From Mustelus asterias (taxonomy: Eukaryota): a stretch of DNA of 64,000 bases. The DNA is taken from the NCBI RefSeq assembly GCF_964213995.1, contig NC_135830.1:11966001-12030000 (forward strand). The letters run 5' to 3'. Every line of letters begins with the position of its first letter. Position 1 is the stretch's first letter. The notes beneath the pieces are model-generated. The model did not search any database and was not told the origin of the DNA. It worked only from the letters and a program-made list of their open reading frames with translations. Of this stretch, positions 1 to 12,567 are shown piece by piece. The translations under genes and the position numbers were made by a program.

Positions 1-553
1 CCTTGGAGATTTCGGCGCCAGAATGTTTCACAAACAGAATAAAGAGGGATCAAGTCTAACCAACAGATCATTCTTAAATCCCTCCCCTTGAAATATATTT
101 GATTTTGTTTAAAAGATGATTGCAGTCAATCTGAATAAGCACCATGGCATGTGTATTACCAGGTGACTCGATTTTTCTTTGTTGGTCAGTCATGTTTGCA
201 ATTCAATATTGTATATTTCAGAGATACTCAGTTCAGAATGAGGACATCTGCGTCAAATAAATGTATTGATGTTGAATGTTGGATAACGATAAATATTGGA
301 TGAAACTGGTTGAAATTATTCGAGGGAAAATGAGAATGATGCATTAAGGATTGAGCAGAAATCATTGCTTCCTTCTACAATTGCTGGACGACAGCTTTTT
401 AATGTTGAAGTGCAAAATAAGATGAGATATCAGGTTGAAAGTCACGGCTGTGTTCTTGTATTCAGTGACACGGGCTCTCAATCTAACCATGAGAACCTGT
501 AGCAACACAGTGGAATTGCCCATTGCAGTCAGGCCACCTTGCCGCTGTGTGCT

Positions 554-626
554 CCTTCTGTCGAGTAGTGGTTATCACGTTCGCCTAACACTCACAAAAT
601 CCCTGGTTCGAAATTGGACAGAGCAT
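554..626 (+). pseudogene. tRNA-Val(AAC) pseudogene
   Basis: GTAGTGGTTATCACGTTCGCCTAACAC...GGTTCGAAA matches vertebrate tRNA-Val (A box, AAC anticodon, B box); acceptor and T stems are mismatched. Confidence 0.8.
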
Positions 627-1629
627 AGATTAAGCATTCTCATATCGGGTAAGGACAATCTTTTTGATTTCAGTTCGTTGCTGAACAGTATTCGAACCAC
701 GAGTCATATTACCTTTACTCTGACCTCGGCCTCAAACGCTTTCTATAAAATAAGAAATGCTCGATTTTTTGACGCACTGACAGGGAACCAACGATCCTGT
801 TTTGACAAGGTGCACATATTAGCATCTCGTTCAGTCTGCAACAGAATTTAATCGCTTTATAGGTGCAAACTAACTTGGTTAATCGCCATCTGAAACATGT
901 CTAATAGTGCTGTGTGCACAAAAAGACAGACACAAATAATACTGTAACTGAACTAGAGGAAATGGCGCACATTTTCCGGAAGAATCCTTTTTTAAAAATC
1001 GTTCTTCAGAATAAAGAAATAGTAAAAACCACTCAAACAGATGAGGAAATCGAGAATCAGTGCGGATTTCCTGAACTTTCCTGCAGATGGCCGGAATTTA
1101 TGTGCCTGAATGCTTCACATCCATAAAAAAAAACGGCTCACCTATAACTAACGGATAATTCTTCAATCTCGCCCATTTAAATAGAGTTGACTTCATTGAA
1201 AAGCTGACTTTGGGCAATTTCAAATAAGCACCTTGGGATCTGTATTATCCGGAGACTCGAATCCTTTTGTTGGTCAGTTATGTTTGCAATTCAGTGATAT
1301 TCAATTTCAGAGATATTCAATTCATGAAGAGGAAATATGCCTTAAATGATGTATTGATACTAAATACTGAATAACGAGACAAATACTGTGTTCAATTGGT
1401 TGAGATTATTCGATTGAAGATGAGATTGATGCATTAATGAATGAACAGAAATCATTGCTCTCTTAGATATTCGTCAGAAGAAGGCTTTTAAATTTTGATG
1501 TTGAAGATAAATTGAGAAATCAGCTTGAATTAAGTGACATGGCCTCTCAGTCTAACCATTGGAACCTGCAGCAACACGGCGAAGTTGAACATTGCAGACA
1601 GGCCGATTTGCTGTAAGGTGTGGTCAGCT

Positions 1630-1701
1630 GTTTCTGTGGTATAATGGTTATCTCGTACCCTCACGTGCGAAAAGTCGCCAGTTCGGAACCAGGCAGGGAC
1701 A
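1630..1701 (+). pseudogene. tRNA-Val(CAC) pseudogene
   Basis: GTTTCTGTGGTATAATGGTTATC...CTCACGTGCGAAAAGTCGCCAGTTCGGAACCAGGCAGGGACA; degenerate tRNA-Val at the equivalent position in repeat unit 2. Confidence 0.75.
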
Positions 1702-2422
1702 CTGTTGGATCTTTATCATTAAGCGTGAGGGAAATCTGCCTGATGTAAGCTCATGGTTCAGCCTTATGCGAATCTCGATGTTACATCCATTTTATATTGC
1801 CTTTGAGCTCGGCCTCAACTGTTTTTAAGAAAATTGAAAATGTTATATTTTAGGACGCATTGTCAGGAAATAAATATTTGTATTGTTTGTACACTTCGCA
1901 TCTCGTTCAATCCTCATCATAATTTAATGTGTTAATAGATGCAGCCTAATACATTAAATCACCATCTGAAACATGGCTAATAGTATTGTGTGCCCCGAGG
2001 GACAGACGCAAGTGTAACTGAAACCGAACTATTCTGGGTGTGAAACATTCTGGCGCTTAAATCCTGTTCATCTATCGGAAAACCCAACAGATCTACACTG
2101 ATTCTCGATTTTCTTATCTGTCTGAGTGTTTTTATTTCTATTTCATTACTATGATGAACTATTTGAAAACGTTTCTTCTGGGCAATGTGTGCCATTGCCT
2201 CCAGTTCAGTTACAGTAGCACTTGCCTCTGTCTTTATGAACACACAATACCATTACACATGATTCAGATGGTAATTAAAAATGATAATCTGCATCTATAA
2301 ACCCAATACATTTTATTTGTGGACTGAATGAGCAGGTATTATGTGCTCGATGTCAAAATAGGAGCATATGTTTCCTTTCATTATGTGATGAAAATGCACC
2401 CTTAATGAACAAATTGTAATAA

Positions 2423-2495
2423 CATTTCACGCTGGTTTCGAATGGGCGACCTCGCGTGTGTGAGATAAATACAATCACCACCACACTACAGAAGC
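2423..2495 (-). pseudogene. tRNA-Val(CAC) pseudogene (inverted copy)
   Basis: Reverse complement GCTTCTGTAGTGTGGTGGTGATT...CTCACACACGCGAGGTCGCCCATTCGAAACCAGCG. Confidence 0.7.
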
Positions 2496-2950
2496 TGCTG
2501 TTTTCCATGCGGCCCAATGGGACTGCCTTAACATGTTGCAACATTCATTAGAAATGCTGTATTGATATTGATATTGATCCAAGAATGATTGGAAATAGTT
2601 GACACTGGCAGACAACAATAAGAAGCCCTTCGAACCACATGTCTATGCCAGTTAGTTTATGTGGAGCTAGCCGACTAAGGTTTTGCTGCGTGCATGATGG
2701 GCCGAAGGGTGTTTTCCTGTACTCCACCGTCCATTGTTCTAATCTCAATTTCCTTCTCTCGTTGCATGTCTGACTGAATCTCTCTCAGTGAATGGGAATG
2801 GAATGAATCAGAAATTGAGAAGGAGAGAGGGAACCCGGGCACTGTTCAGCTCTTTGGTCCACCCACACACTGCAGGGGCCAGCCCGTTTGTGACCTCACT
2901 CAGGAGCACATCCCTATTGGTTTTTGTGTATTTAATCAACATTCTTGAAC

Positions 2951-2970
2951 CTGGCGCCCTCTGCTGGCCA
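2951..2970 (-). promoter_or_regulatory. CTCF-binding motif
   Basis: TGGCCAGCAGAGGGCGCCAG on the minus strand, near-consensus CTCF core. Confidence 0.7.
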
Positions 2971-3844
2971 ATTCAATCCGGATTAGAATGCGGCCATTGG
3001 GTGGTTTCAGGGTTTAATAATTTACATATCAAGACACCAATGTCAGATATTGCCTCCCTGAAATTGGAGTTGCTAACACTCGGGCTTTATTTGTATCAAC
3101 ACGTATGCCATAAAATGATGCTAATCTTTTATATTTGACTGTATAAAGTTCAGGACACAAGTTAGATAAAAAATCAAGATGTCCTACTACACAAGATCGT
3201 ACTAGGGATTAGGCCTGCAATATAAACAGTGAAGATAATCTGCGATTGTTCTTCTTCAATCAAAGACGGTAAAGGAGATACTAAATTTAAGTAGATAAAA
3301 GATTGAACGTGATTAATCACCTTCCACTTGCAGAAAATTTGGGAAAGCAACAAAGACTTTGAAAGAAAAAACAGAAGAAAATATTAAATTTAATTATTAC
3401 AATGTCAAATGTTCTAATGCAGTGTTTAAGATAGTATATTCAATTCAGTGAAGTCGGGAATGGGTTAATGAACTTTGTCACACTTAAGCATTAAGACCCG
3501 AACTCTGTGATTTTGTTGAGAACACTGCAGAGTTCATGTTTTCGTCAGAGTTCGGTGTTTTTCATGTCTGTGCCAGATAAGAGGAACAGCTATTCTTGCT
3601 GTCTCCACTTGTTATTAAGAAATGCGATTAACCCAGCTCGAAATAAGCTAAACAATCTCCAGTTTTATGTACCTTTGTTTAACACGATGAAGTTGACATG
3701 TATGCCTTCTGTGATCGTATAACCATAGATTCATATATATATATATATATATATATTCATCATACGTTATTCATCTTATCCTGATATAAAGTATTATACA
3801 AACCTGTATGTATATTTGTTAACTTGTTTGTGCAAAACCTGCGA

Positions 3845-4140
3845 TGTTGTTTCAAGGATATAAATGACGAGCAATCGTGGCCCTGGAGATCGAACAAACT
3901 ACGCAGAGGAAGATACTGCTAATACAACAAGAATCTCATCATGAACAATGACAGACATCTTAGAGAATTGCAATGTAATGAGGGCGGGGCCCGGGACATA
4001 TATAAACTCTGTTCTTACTTGTGTTCGAAGAGAAGGCTGGGGGTCCACTGTTAGGAACCTCACTTCTCCCACAATTGTGAAAATAAACCTGCACTTTGAT
4101 CCACTAATAGTGTCAGAGGTTTTTTTTTTAACCTACAACA
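3845..4140 (+). mobile_element. Possible solo LTR
   Basis: TGTTG...CAACA inverted termini, with GC box, TATATAAA and AATAAA in LTR order; no TSD seen. Confidence 0.4.
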
Positions 4141-4466
4141 ATTCATGTCTCTTCTACTCTTTGTTTTCAGTCACTTGCAGAGCCAGCAGATGCAGGATAG
4201 TCACAGACTTCTGAAGTTTACACCGCCGCTGCTTTCGCTCCGTCCCTTCCAATTGCTTCCCTCAATTTCAAGCCTGCGGCAACCCAGCACACAGCTTTCG
4301 TTCGCTGCTCTCGCTCTGACCCGATTGTGCTGTTGCAAAAATTGCGTGCCGCTGCTCCATTCTTCTCATCGGCTGGCACAACAGTGTAGTGGCAAGGGAA
4401 TTATTATTATTTCTCCGTTGGCAGAAAATTTCTTGCACAGCAGAGAGTTACCACCGAGAGAGTATC

Positions 4467-4965
4467 ATGAGCACCAATATCGCACCCTTCATCAGAATTT
4501 TATCAGGGAGTATTTCCTTCCCAGTAAAACTCCATTCCCCTCCTGACTGCTGTAACTCAGAAGTTGATGTTGAAAAAATAATATTGCTGGTGGAGTTGAT
4601 GATTGTGAGATGATTATGAGACTGGTTTTGTTTGTTTCCTTAACTATTTGTTTGTGTTAGAACGGAGCCACCGAACTACACTGGAGCAGCCGGTTCCTGA
4701 TATAACGGTTGAAGAGGTAAGCAATGTTGCAAACACCTGCACGTTGAAAACAAGCGATCTCAGGCCTAATGTATGCGGACCCTGAATAGTACACGCTTAA
4801 TCCTTCTGGACAGGAATATTGGTATCACTGAACAGATTTATTTTCCGCTTAACATAATTGCCACTATCACCAATCAGTAATGCCCTGATCTCCGACACCC
4901 TCCGTGTATCTATGTGCCACGAACCCCACACTGATGCCGAGCGATAGAGGATCCCAAACCAAAAT
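4467..4965 (+). pseudogene. TRAV: TCR alpha/delta-type V pseudogene with degenerate 23-RSS
   Basis: Decayed leader from ~4467; exon from 4661 reads LEQPVPDITVEEVSNVANTCTLKT, paralogous to the V at 19695-19963; CACACTG(4927)-23 bp-AACCAAAAT. Confidence 0.7.
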
Positions 4966-5858
4966 TCACCCTGAGCTTTCAGTCTGTGCTCAGCAGAAAG
5001 CGCCTCCACACCGACAAAACAGAATAAATAATTCATCTTCCACTGTGCGTGTCTCGTGGGCCTTTTTAATGGATCATAAAGCATGTAACTTTCAACAAGA
5101 ACAATTGGGGTCCACTGAAACAGATAGCTGAATTTGCCATTGAAAATGATAGTGAAATCGGGCTTTACAAAACGCCCTGTGATGCCATAATTCCTCGTCA
5201 GAAATTTTCACTGCTGGATTTGTTGCTCAATATCACATCTCAATTGGTCAACCGTAATCTTCTTACGACAGTCTTTTCTTTAACGGGGTCCACCTTTGTC
5301 ACTGTTCTCAATATTAATTCGGAACGACCCAGAGAACAAAGGATTCAGCCCCGGTTTTCAGCGAAGATTTTTTAAATATTTACTTCTTCCTGAAGAATAT
5401 ACAAATGGCGATACGAATGCCCCCTAGCCTGGTCATCGCCTATATGAACCTCTACCAAAGAGACGGAGGCGGCATTACTACTGCATTCTTTGCACATGAA
5501 CTCTAATGTGTCACAGCACTACCTGCTATAGCCTGGCCCAGTTACTCGAATTGTTGTCGTCACTCTGACCCTCCTTCCATGCTTTAAATTCTGTTTACGC
5601 TTCAGAATTGATTCGGTCAGCAGCGCAGTCGAGAGCCTGGTTGCAGTTCTCGTATTTCTGCTCTGGCAGAGGATTTGCCAGGACTTCACAGTTACACACA
5701 GAGGGAACTGCTACTGATCGTTGTAACCGCTCTCACTAAGTATCCCATGCCCACGAAAAATTCATTCTCTTCAGAGCTATGCTGACCTATACGTCAGTGT
5801 TTTTTCTATGATCATGCGAATACAAATGCTGATATGTATCATTATTATGTCCTATTAG

Positions 5859-5985
5859 ATTGGAGCGACCAAGGGAAAGTAGAACAGTGTTTTTTGAAAT
5901 GGCAGTTGGAGAGAGAAATAACATTGCGCCTAACTGCACCTAAAAACCAACGACCTTAGTCCTACTGTGATCTGGTACTATTTCC
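5859..5985 (+). pseudogene. TRAV: 5' fragment of a TCR V pseudogene
   Basis: After an AG acceptor: DWSDQGKVEQ...NCT*...NDLSPTVIWY, same family as the 19.9-kb V; frameshifted and truncated. Confidence 0.6.
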
Positions 5986-6390
5986 AAGAAGATGAAAAGA
6001 AAGGTCCTGTTCAATATCCATGCATAAATCACAATCACTGAAACAGACAGACCAATAGACCACTAAAGCATTACTGTGTGAATTGATATCCTGAGTCCAA
6101 GTTGGCTGTTGTCTTGTCTACGGTGATGGGGAAACACTCTAGGACATCAAACTCCATAAATATTCTAATGTTCGTTCTCTGAACTGCCCCCGTTGCTTTA
6201 TTTTGATAATGTATTTATTAATAATGTAAGTATATATACGCATTATCCGCATTAATAGTTTAAGAAACCACCAGGATTTCAGGTTCCATTTCAGACTCAC
6301 TCTGATCACAATGTTTACCTCAGGTTCTGTTATGTTGAGTGAGGCTCTGACAGTTTGTCTACATGTTCAGCCCAGCTCTGTGTTTCTGTG

Positions 6391-6820
6391 GGTCTCAGTG
6401 CGCAGTAATACACCGCAGAGTCGGTCAGCTCTGTTTTAGACACTTTCAGTGGGACGGTGCGGGTTGTATCATTGAACTCCACTGAGAAACCGTCCCCTGG
6501 GGATCTCTCTGTGTTCCCATGTATTTACGTCTCTTCTGAAGATGTTCAATAAATCCATTGGGATACTGACGGTACCAGAATAGGTAATAATTGTCAATGA
6601 TTATATTCGTATAATTACAAAATAACTGAACATCATCTCCTTCACTCACTGTGACTGCAGCTGGGATCTGTGAAACTGAGTCTCCTCCAGTATGTCCTGT
6701 CAGAACCAAGAGTCATGTTAATTTAAATGATGTCAGTTCATTTTCTTTATAGACCAGAATAGATTCGTCACCCTGACCATAAGCTGAGAAATAGACCATG
6801 GGATCTAAACAGAAACACAT
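6391..6820 (-). pseudogene. TRAV: TCR alpha-type V pseudogene (leader 6772-6820, V exon 6391-6696)
   Basis: Leader MCFCLDPMVYFSAYGQ|GT; GDSVSQ...FCNY...WYRQYP, a frameshift near 6490, then ...TELTDSAVYYCALR; degenerate RSS CACAGAA-23-AGACAAACT. Confidence 0.85.
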
Positions 6821-7569
6821 TTCCCGCAACGCAGATTCTGAACGGGAACGAGATTGCTTCAATTAAATAAAACACTCTTTAATCAACATTCGGCACCTTC
6901 GATGGAGATCAGTTCCTTACCTGTACTTGTATTTTGATGGAGAAACTGTCGGCGGATTTAAAGGCCTAGTGTTTGCCAAAGTCCCCCACTGGTTCTGGGG
7001 GGACCTATGATCTCACCTTAACTCTTCCACTCTCATTCACCTCGGGAACTTTGCCTACTTCCTTGCTCAGATGAAATCGATCCTGGTGATTTTGTCGTTC
7101 GGAGTCAATCCACATTTTACCAATGTGTTAATCGAACTGTCCAATTGGATGTGGTGAATGGAAAGTTCGCGAAACACACCGTTTGTAACTTGTGAACCTA
7201 TCGGTTAAAAGAACTGCCGCTGTGAGGAACAAGCACAGAGTCACAGGAGACATGTTTGCAGAGAGGTCGAGGCGGATGTGAGCAGAGCGGGTTGAAGCTG
7301 AAATTTGAATTGGCAGGAGTTGGGAAGAAGTTGCGTTACATTCGGGCCCCTGTTTATTGGTTCATTGCTAACTGCATCATCATTTTACATCAAATTAGCT
7401 TAAAACTCAATTGTCTTCAATTCAATCATTCAGCACATAGCTCCTTTGATCTCCTCTGCCTTCCGTCAGCCAGGGGAGAAAGGAGCAGGGTGAAGTTGTT
7501 CACCTCTCAATTGGGAACTAGACAAAATTGGCCCTTTAACCTCGAAGGAGGAGAAAGAACAGGAAAACC

Positions 7570-8220
7570 CCCTGATGTTATTCCAGGATATTCCCGTAAT
7601 GGCAGATGCGTTGGTTGTAATTTATCAAAATTCGCTGGACTCTGGGGAAGTGCTGGCTGATTGGCAAACGCCACTGTTTGAAAAAGGAGGTAGACTAAAG
7701 ACGGGTAACGACAAGCCGGTTAGCTTAATGTCCGTAGTTGGGAAATTGCTGGAATCCATCATTAAAGAAGAAATTGCAGGACACCTGGAAAAAAATGGTT
7801 CGATCAAGCAGACACAGCATGGATTCATGAAAGTCGTGTTTGACAAACTTACTGGATTTTTATGAAGATGTAACGAGTGTGTTTTTAGATTTCCAGAAGG
7901 CGATCGATAAGGTGCCTCACAAAAGGTTGCAGCAGAAGATTAGGGTACACGGAGTTGGGGGTAAAGTGTTAGCGTGGATTGAGGATTGGCTATCTAACAG
8001 AAAGCAGGGAGTTGGAATAAATAGGTGCTTTTCTGGTTGGCTGTAGGTGACTTGTGGCGTGCCACAGGGATCAGTGCTGGAGCCTCAACTGTTTACCATA
8101 TACATGGACGATCTGGAGGAGGGGACCAAGTGTAGGGTAACAAAGTTTGCAGGTGACACAAAGATGAGTGGGAAAGCGAATTGTGTGGAGAATGCGGAAA
8201 GTCTGCAGAGAGATTTGGAT
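7570..8220 (+). mobile_element. CR1 LINE ORF2 fragment (5' part of an older element split by a nested insertion)
   Basis: RT motifs PVSLMSVVGK, DFQKAIDKVPH, GVPQGSVL; continues at 12568. Confidence 0.9.
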
Positions 8221-8895
8221 CTCTCAAAAACAGGAAGTAGGCCCAGCAGCAGCCTGGGAAGGTTTTGGAGGGTTTAAAAGTGCTTACCTTGGAGGTTTCA
8301 GCCTCATTGTTCCACAGGAGCAGGCTGAGGGTAAGTGAGCTGTTTGTGCATTTTATTTATTTATTTTTCAGTTAAATTAGTGAAAAAAATCGGAGATTTT
8401 TTTCAAAACAGGAAGTAGGCCCAGCAGAATCCTGGGAAGGTTTTGGAGGGTTTAAAAGTAGGCCGCACCTTTGAGCGGGCAGCGTCGTTAGCGGGCAGCA
8501 GAGTGAGCAGGGGGTAGAGTGAGAGCTGAAGGGCTTTGGCTCAAAACGGGCTTCGGCGAGAACAGGCAGAGGCGAGAGTAAGTTTTTTCTTTCCCAGAAA
8601 GTTTATTCTGTTTTTCCCCAGACTAAAAAAAAAATGCCAGCAGGATGTAGGAATGCTCCTCTTGCAGGATGTGGGAGATCAGGGAGACCTCCGGTATCCC
8701 TGACGACAGCACCTGCAAAAGATGCATTCAGCTGCAGCTGCTAGCAAAGCGTGTTAGGGAACTGGAGAAGGAGCTTGATGACCTCCAGAAATTCGGGAGA
8801 ATGAGAAGTTTATAGGCAGTAGCTTTAGGGGGATAGTTACACCTAAGCAGCAGAGCACAGGAAATTGGGTTACTGTAAGGAGAGGAAATGCCAGT

Positions 8896-9573
8896 GTGAA
8901 AGGACAGGCAGAGCAGGGTTCCCCTGTGGCCATACCCCTCCACAACAGGTATACTGAATTGGACACTGTTGTGGGAGATGCTTTACCTGGGACAAGCTGC
9001 AACAGCCGGAACTCTGATACTACGTCTGGTTCTACAGCGCAAAATGGTGGGATGAAGAAGAGGAGAGCAGTAGTGATAGGGGACTCAATGGTCAGAGGTA
9101 CAGACCGGAGGTTCTGTGGTCGGGACAGAGACTCCCGCATGGTTTGTTGCCTCCCAGGTGCCAAGGTCAGCGATGTCTCTGATCGCGTGCACAGCGTTCT
9201 AAAGTGGGAAGGTGATCAGCCAGATGTCGTGGTACACGTTGGTACCAATGACGTGGGAAGGAAGAGTGAGGAGGTCCTAAAGAGTGAGTACAAAGAGCTT
9301 GGAAGGAAGTTAAAAAGCAGGACCCCGAGGGTAGTAATCTCAGGATTGCTACCTGAGCCACATGCCAGTGAGGGCAGGAGTAGGATGCTTGGGTGGATAA
9401 ACACGTGGCTGAGGAACTGGTGCAGGGGGCAGGGTTTCCAATTCTTGGATCATTGGGACCTCTTTTGGGGCAGGTGGGACCTGTACAAGAGAGACGGGTT
9501 ACACCTAAACTACAAGGGGACCAATATACTTGCAGGGAGATTTGCAAGTGTTATTGGGGAGCGTTTAAACTAG
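8896..9573 (+). CDS. CR1 ORF1 SGNH/GDSL esterase domain (upstream zinc-finger/coiled-coil part disrupted)
   Basis: VIGDSMVR, HVGTND and DGLHLN motifs. Confidence 0.85.
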   Translation: MKGQAEQGSPVAIPLHNRYTELDTVVGDALPGTSCNSRNSDTTSGSTAQNGGMKKRRAVVIGDSMVRGTDRRFCGRDRDSRMVCCLPGAKVSDVSDRVHSVLKWEGDQPDVVVHVGTNDVGRKSEEVLKSEYKELGRKLKSRTPRVVISGLLPEPHASEGRSRMLGWINTWLRNWCRGQGFQFLDHWDLFWGRWDLYKRDGLHLNYKGTNILAGRFASVIGERLN

Positions 9574-10270
9574 ATTTGCAGGGGGGTGGGAACCAGAGTG
9601 CCAGAACAGATAGTGGAGCAGGGGTAAAAAGACAGGTTAGTTCAAGCAAAATCACAAATGGAAGGGTCGAGTGTGGTGGAAATAATTTTTTGAGGTGTGT
9701 CTATTTCAATGCCAGGAGTATTGTGGGGAAGGCAGATGAGCTGAAGGCGTGGATAGACACGTGGAAATATGACATTATAGCCATTAGTGAAACTTGGCTA
9801 CAGGAGGGGCAGGACTGGCAGCTCAATGTTCCAGGGTTCCAATGTTTCAGGCGGGATAGAAGCAGAGGGATAAAAGGTGGAGGTTGGCATTGTTGGTCAG
9901 GGAAAATGTTACAGCGGTACTCAGGCAGGATAGATTAGGGAGCTTGTCTACAGAGGCCCTATGGGTGGAGCTGAGAAACAGGAAAGGTATGACCACATTA
10001 ATGGGCTTGTATTATAAACCACCCAATAATCAGCGAGAATTGGAGGAGCAAATCAGCGGAGAGATAGCTGACAACTGCAAGAAACACAAAGTTGTGGTAG
10101 TAGGGGATTTTAATTTTCCACATATAGATTGGGACCCGCATAATGTTAAAGGTTGAGACGGGGTAGAGTTTGTAAAATGTGTTCAGGAGAATTTTCTACA
10201 CCGGTATATAGAGGTGCCAACGAGAGAGGATGCGATATTGGATCTCCTATTGGGAAATTAGTTAGGGCAG

Positions 10271-11881
10271 GTGATGGATGTGAATGTGAGGGAACACTTT
10301 GGATCCAGTGATCATAATGCCATTAGTTTCAACCTGATCGTGGATAAGGCGAGATCTGGTCCTCGGGTTGAAGTTCTGAACGGGAAAAAGGCCAAATTTG
10401 ATGAAATGAGAAGGGATCTGGGAAGTGTGGATTGGCAAAGGCTGTTCTCTGGTAAGGATGTAAATGGAAAGTGGGAGGCCTTCAAAGGAGAAATTTTGAG
10501 AGTGCAGAGTTTGTATGTTCCTGTCAGGATTAAAGGCAAAGTAAATAGGAATAAGGAACCTTGGTTGTCGAGGGAGATTGTAACACTGATTAAGAGGAAG
10601 AGAGAGTTGTATGAAATGTACAGGCAGCAAGGAACAGATCAGATGCTCGAGGAGTATAAAAAGTGCAAGAAGCTACTTAAGAGGGAAATCAGGAGGGCTA
10701 AAAGAAGACATGAGGTTGCTTTGGCAGACAGAGTGAAGGAAAATCCAAAGAGCTTCTATAGGTATGTTAGGAGCAAAAGGATAGTGAGTGATAAAATTGG
10801 TCCTCTTGAAGACCAGAGTGGTAGACTGTGTATGGAACCAAAAGAGATGGGGGAGATACTAAATGGGTTTTTTGCATCCGTATTTACTGAGGAAACGGGC
10901 ATGGAGTCTACGGAAATAGGGCAAACTGGTAGGGAGGCCATGGAACCTTTACAGATTAAAGGGGAGGAGGTGCTCGCTGTCTTGAGGCAAATCAGAGTGG
11001 ATAAATCCCCAGGACCGGACAGGGTATTCCCACGGACCTTGAGGGAAGCTACTGTTGAACTTGCAGGGGCCTTGGCAGACATATTTAAAATGTCAGTATT
11101 CACGGGGGAGGTGCCGGATGATTGGAGGGTGGCTTATGTTGTTCCGTTGTTTAAAAAAGTTTCCAAAATAAATCCGGGAATTTATCGGCCAGTAAGTTTG
11201 ACGTCGGTGGTGGGCAAAATATTGGAAGGTGTGATACGGGATAGGATCTACAAATATTTGGATAGACAGGGACTTATTAGGGAGAGTCAACATGGCTTTG
11301 TGCGTGGTAGGTCATGTTTGACCAATCTATTAGAGTTTTTCGAGGAGGTTACCAGGAAAGTGGATGAAGGGAAGGCGGTGGATGTTGTCTACCTGGATTT
11401 CAGCAAGGCCTTTGACAAGGTCCCTCATGGGAGGTTAGTTAGGAAGGTTCAATCGCTAGGTATACATGGGGAGGTAGTAAATTGGATAAGACACTGGCTC
11501 AATGGAAGAAGCCAGAGAGTGGTTGTGGAGGATTGCTTCTCTGAGTGGAGGCCTGTGACTAGTGGTGTGCCGCAGGGATCGGTGTTGGGTCCATTGTTGT
11601 TTGTCATCTATATCAATGATCTGGATGATAATGTGGTCAATTGGATCAGCAAGTTTGCTGATGATACAAAGATTGGAGGTGTAGTGGACAGTGGGGAAGG
11701 TTTTCAAAGCTTGCAGAGGGATTTGGACCAACGAGAAAAATGGGCTGAAAAATGGCAAATGGAATTTAACGCCGACAAGTGTGAGATATTGCACTTTGGA
11801 AGGACAAATCAAAGTAGAACGTACAGGGTAAATGGTAGGACTCTGAAGAGTGCAGTTGAACAGAGGGATCTGGGAATATAG
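10271..11881 (+). CDS. CR1 ORF2 reverse transcriptase portion (disrupted ORF2 spans ~9690-12406)
   Basis: KSPGPD, YRPVSLTS, DFSKAFDKV, GVPQGSVLGP, KFADDTK. Confidence 0.9.
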   Translation: MMDVNVREHFGSSDHNAISFNLIVDKARSGPRVEVLNGKKAKFDEMRRDLGSVDWQRLFSGKDVNGKWEAFKGEILRVQSLYVPVRIKGKVNRNKEPWLSREIVTLIKRKRELYEMYRQQGTDQMLEEYKKCKKLLKREIRRAKRRHEVALADRVKENPKSFYRYVRSKRIVSDKIGPLEDQSGRLCMEPKEMGEILNGFFASVFTEETGMESTEIGQTGREAMEPLQIKGEEVLAVLRQIRVDKSPGPDRVFPRTLREATVELAGALADIFKMSVFTGEVPDDWRVAYVVPLFKKVSKINPGIYRPVSLTSVVGKILEGVIRDRIYKYLDRQGLIRESQHGFVRGRSCLTNLLEFFEEVTRKVDEGKAVDVVYLDFSKAFDKVPHGRLVRKVQSLGIHGEVVNWIRHWLNGRSQRVVVEDCFSEWRPVTSGVPQGSVLGPLLFVIYINDLDDNVVNWISKFADDTKIGGVVDSGEGFQSLQRDLDQREKWAEKWQMEFNADKCEILHFGRTNQSRTYRVNGRTLKSAVEQRDLGI

Positions 11882-12567
11882 GTACAGAATTCCCTAAAAG
11901 TGACGTCACAGGTGGATAGGGTCGTAAAGAGTGCCTTTGGTACATTGGCCTTTATAAATCGGAGTATCGAGTATAAAAGTTGGAGTGTTATGTTAAGGTT
12001 ATATAAGGCATTGGTGAGGCCGAATTTGGAGTATTGTGTACAGTTTTGGTCACCTAGTTACAGGAAGGATGTAAATAAGATTGAAAGAGTGCAGAGAAGG
12101 TTCACAAGGATGTTGCCAGGACTTGAGAAGCTGAGTTACAGAGAGAGCTTGAATAGGTTGGGACTTTATTCCCTGGAGCGTAGAAGATTGAGGGGAGATT
12201 TGATAGAGGTGTATAAGATTTTGATGGGTATAGATAGAGTGAATGCAAGCAGGCTTTTTCCGCTGAGGCTCGGGGAGAAACAAACCAGAGGGCATGGGTT
12301 AAGGGTGAAAGGAGAAAAGTTTAAAGGGAATATTAGGGGGGGCTTCTTCACGCAGAGAGTGGTGGGAGTGTGGAATGAGCTGCCGGATAAAGTGGTAAAC
12401 TTTTAACATTTAAGAAAAATTTGGACGGGTTCATGGATGAGAGGGGTGTGGAGGGATATGGTCCAAGTGCAGGTCAGTGGGACTAGGCATAAAATGGTTC
12501 GGCACAGACAAGAAGGGCCAAAAGGCCTGTTTCTGAGCTGTAATTTTCTATGGTTTCTATGGTTCTA

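Larger units (their letters stand above)
130..2545. repeat. Decayed tRNA-Val repeat array: two direct ~1.09-kb units plus an inverted partial unit
   Basis: 134 AATAAGCACCATGG matches 1223 AATAAGCACCTTGG with continued similarity; ~2030-2545 is the reverse complement of ~500-1125. Confidence 0.8.
8221..12567 (+). mobile_element. Near full-length CR1-clade LINE, inactivated, nested in an older CR1
   Basis: 5'UTR; ORF1 with CxxC pairs and SGNH esterase; ORF2 APE endonuclease + RT (FADD); (TTCTATGG)n tail; TGGAT repeated at both ends; frameshift ~9884 and stops at ~10154, ~10259, 11879. Confidence 0.95.

Noticed and set aside
554-2495. Functional tRNA-Val genes
   Set aside because: Multiple stem mismatches and altered conserved bases in all three copies
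3733-3756. (TA)n tract
   Set aside because: Ordinary microsatellite
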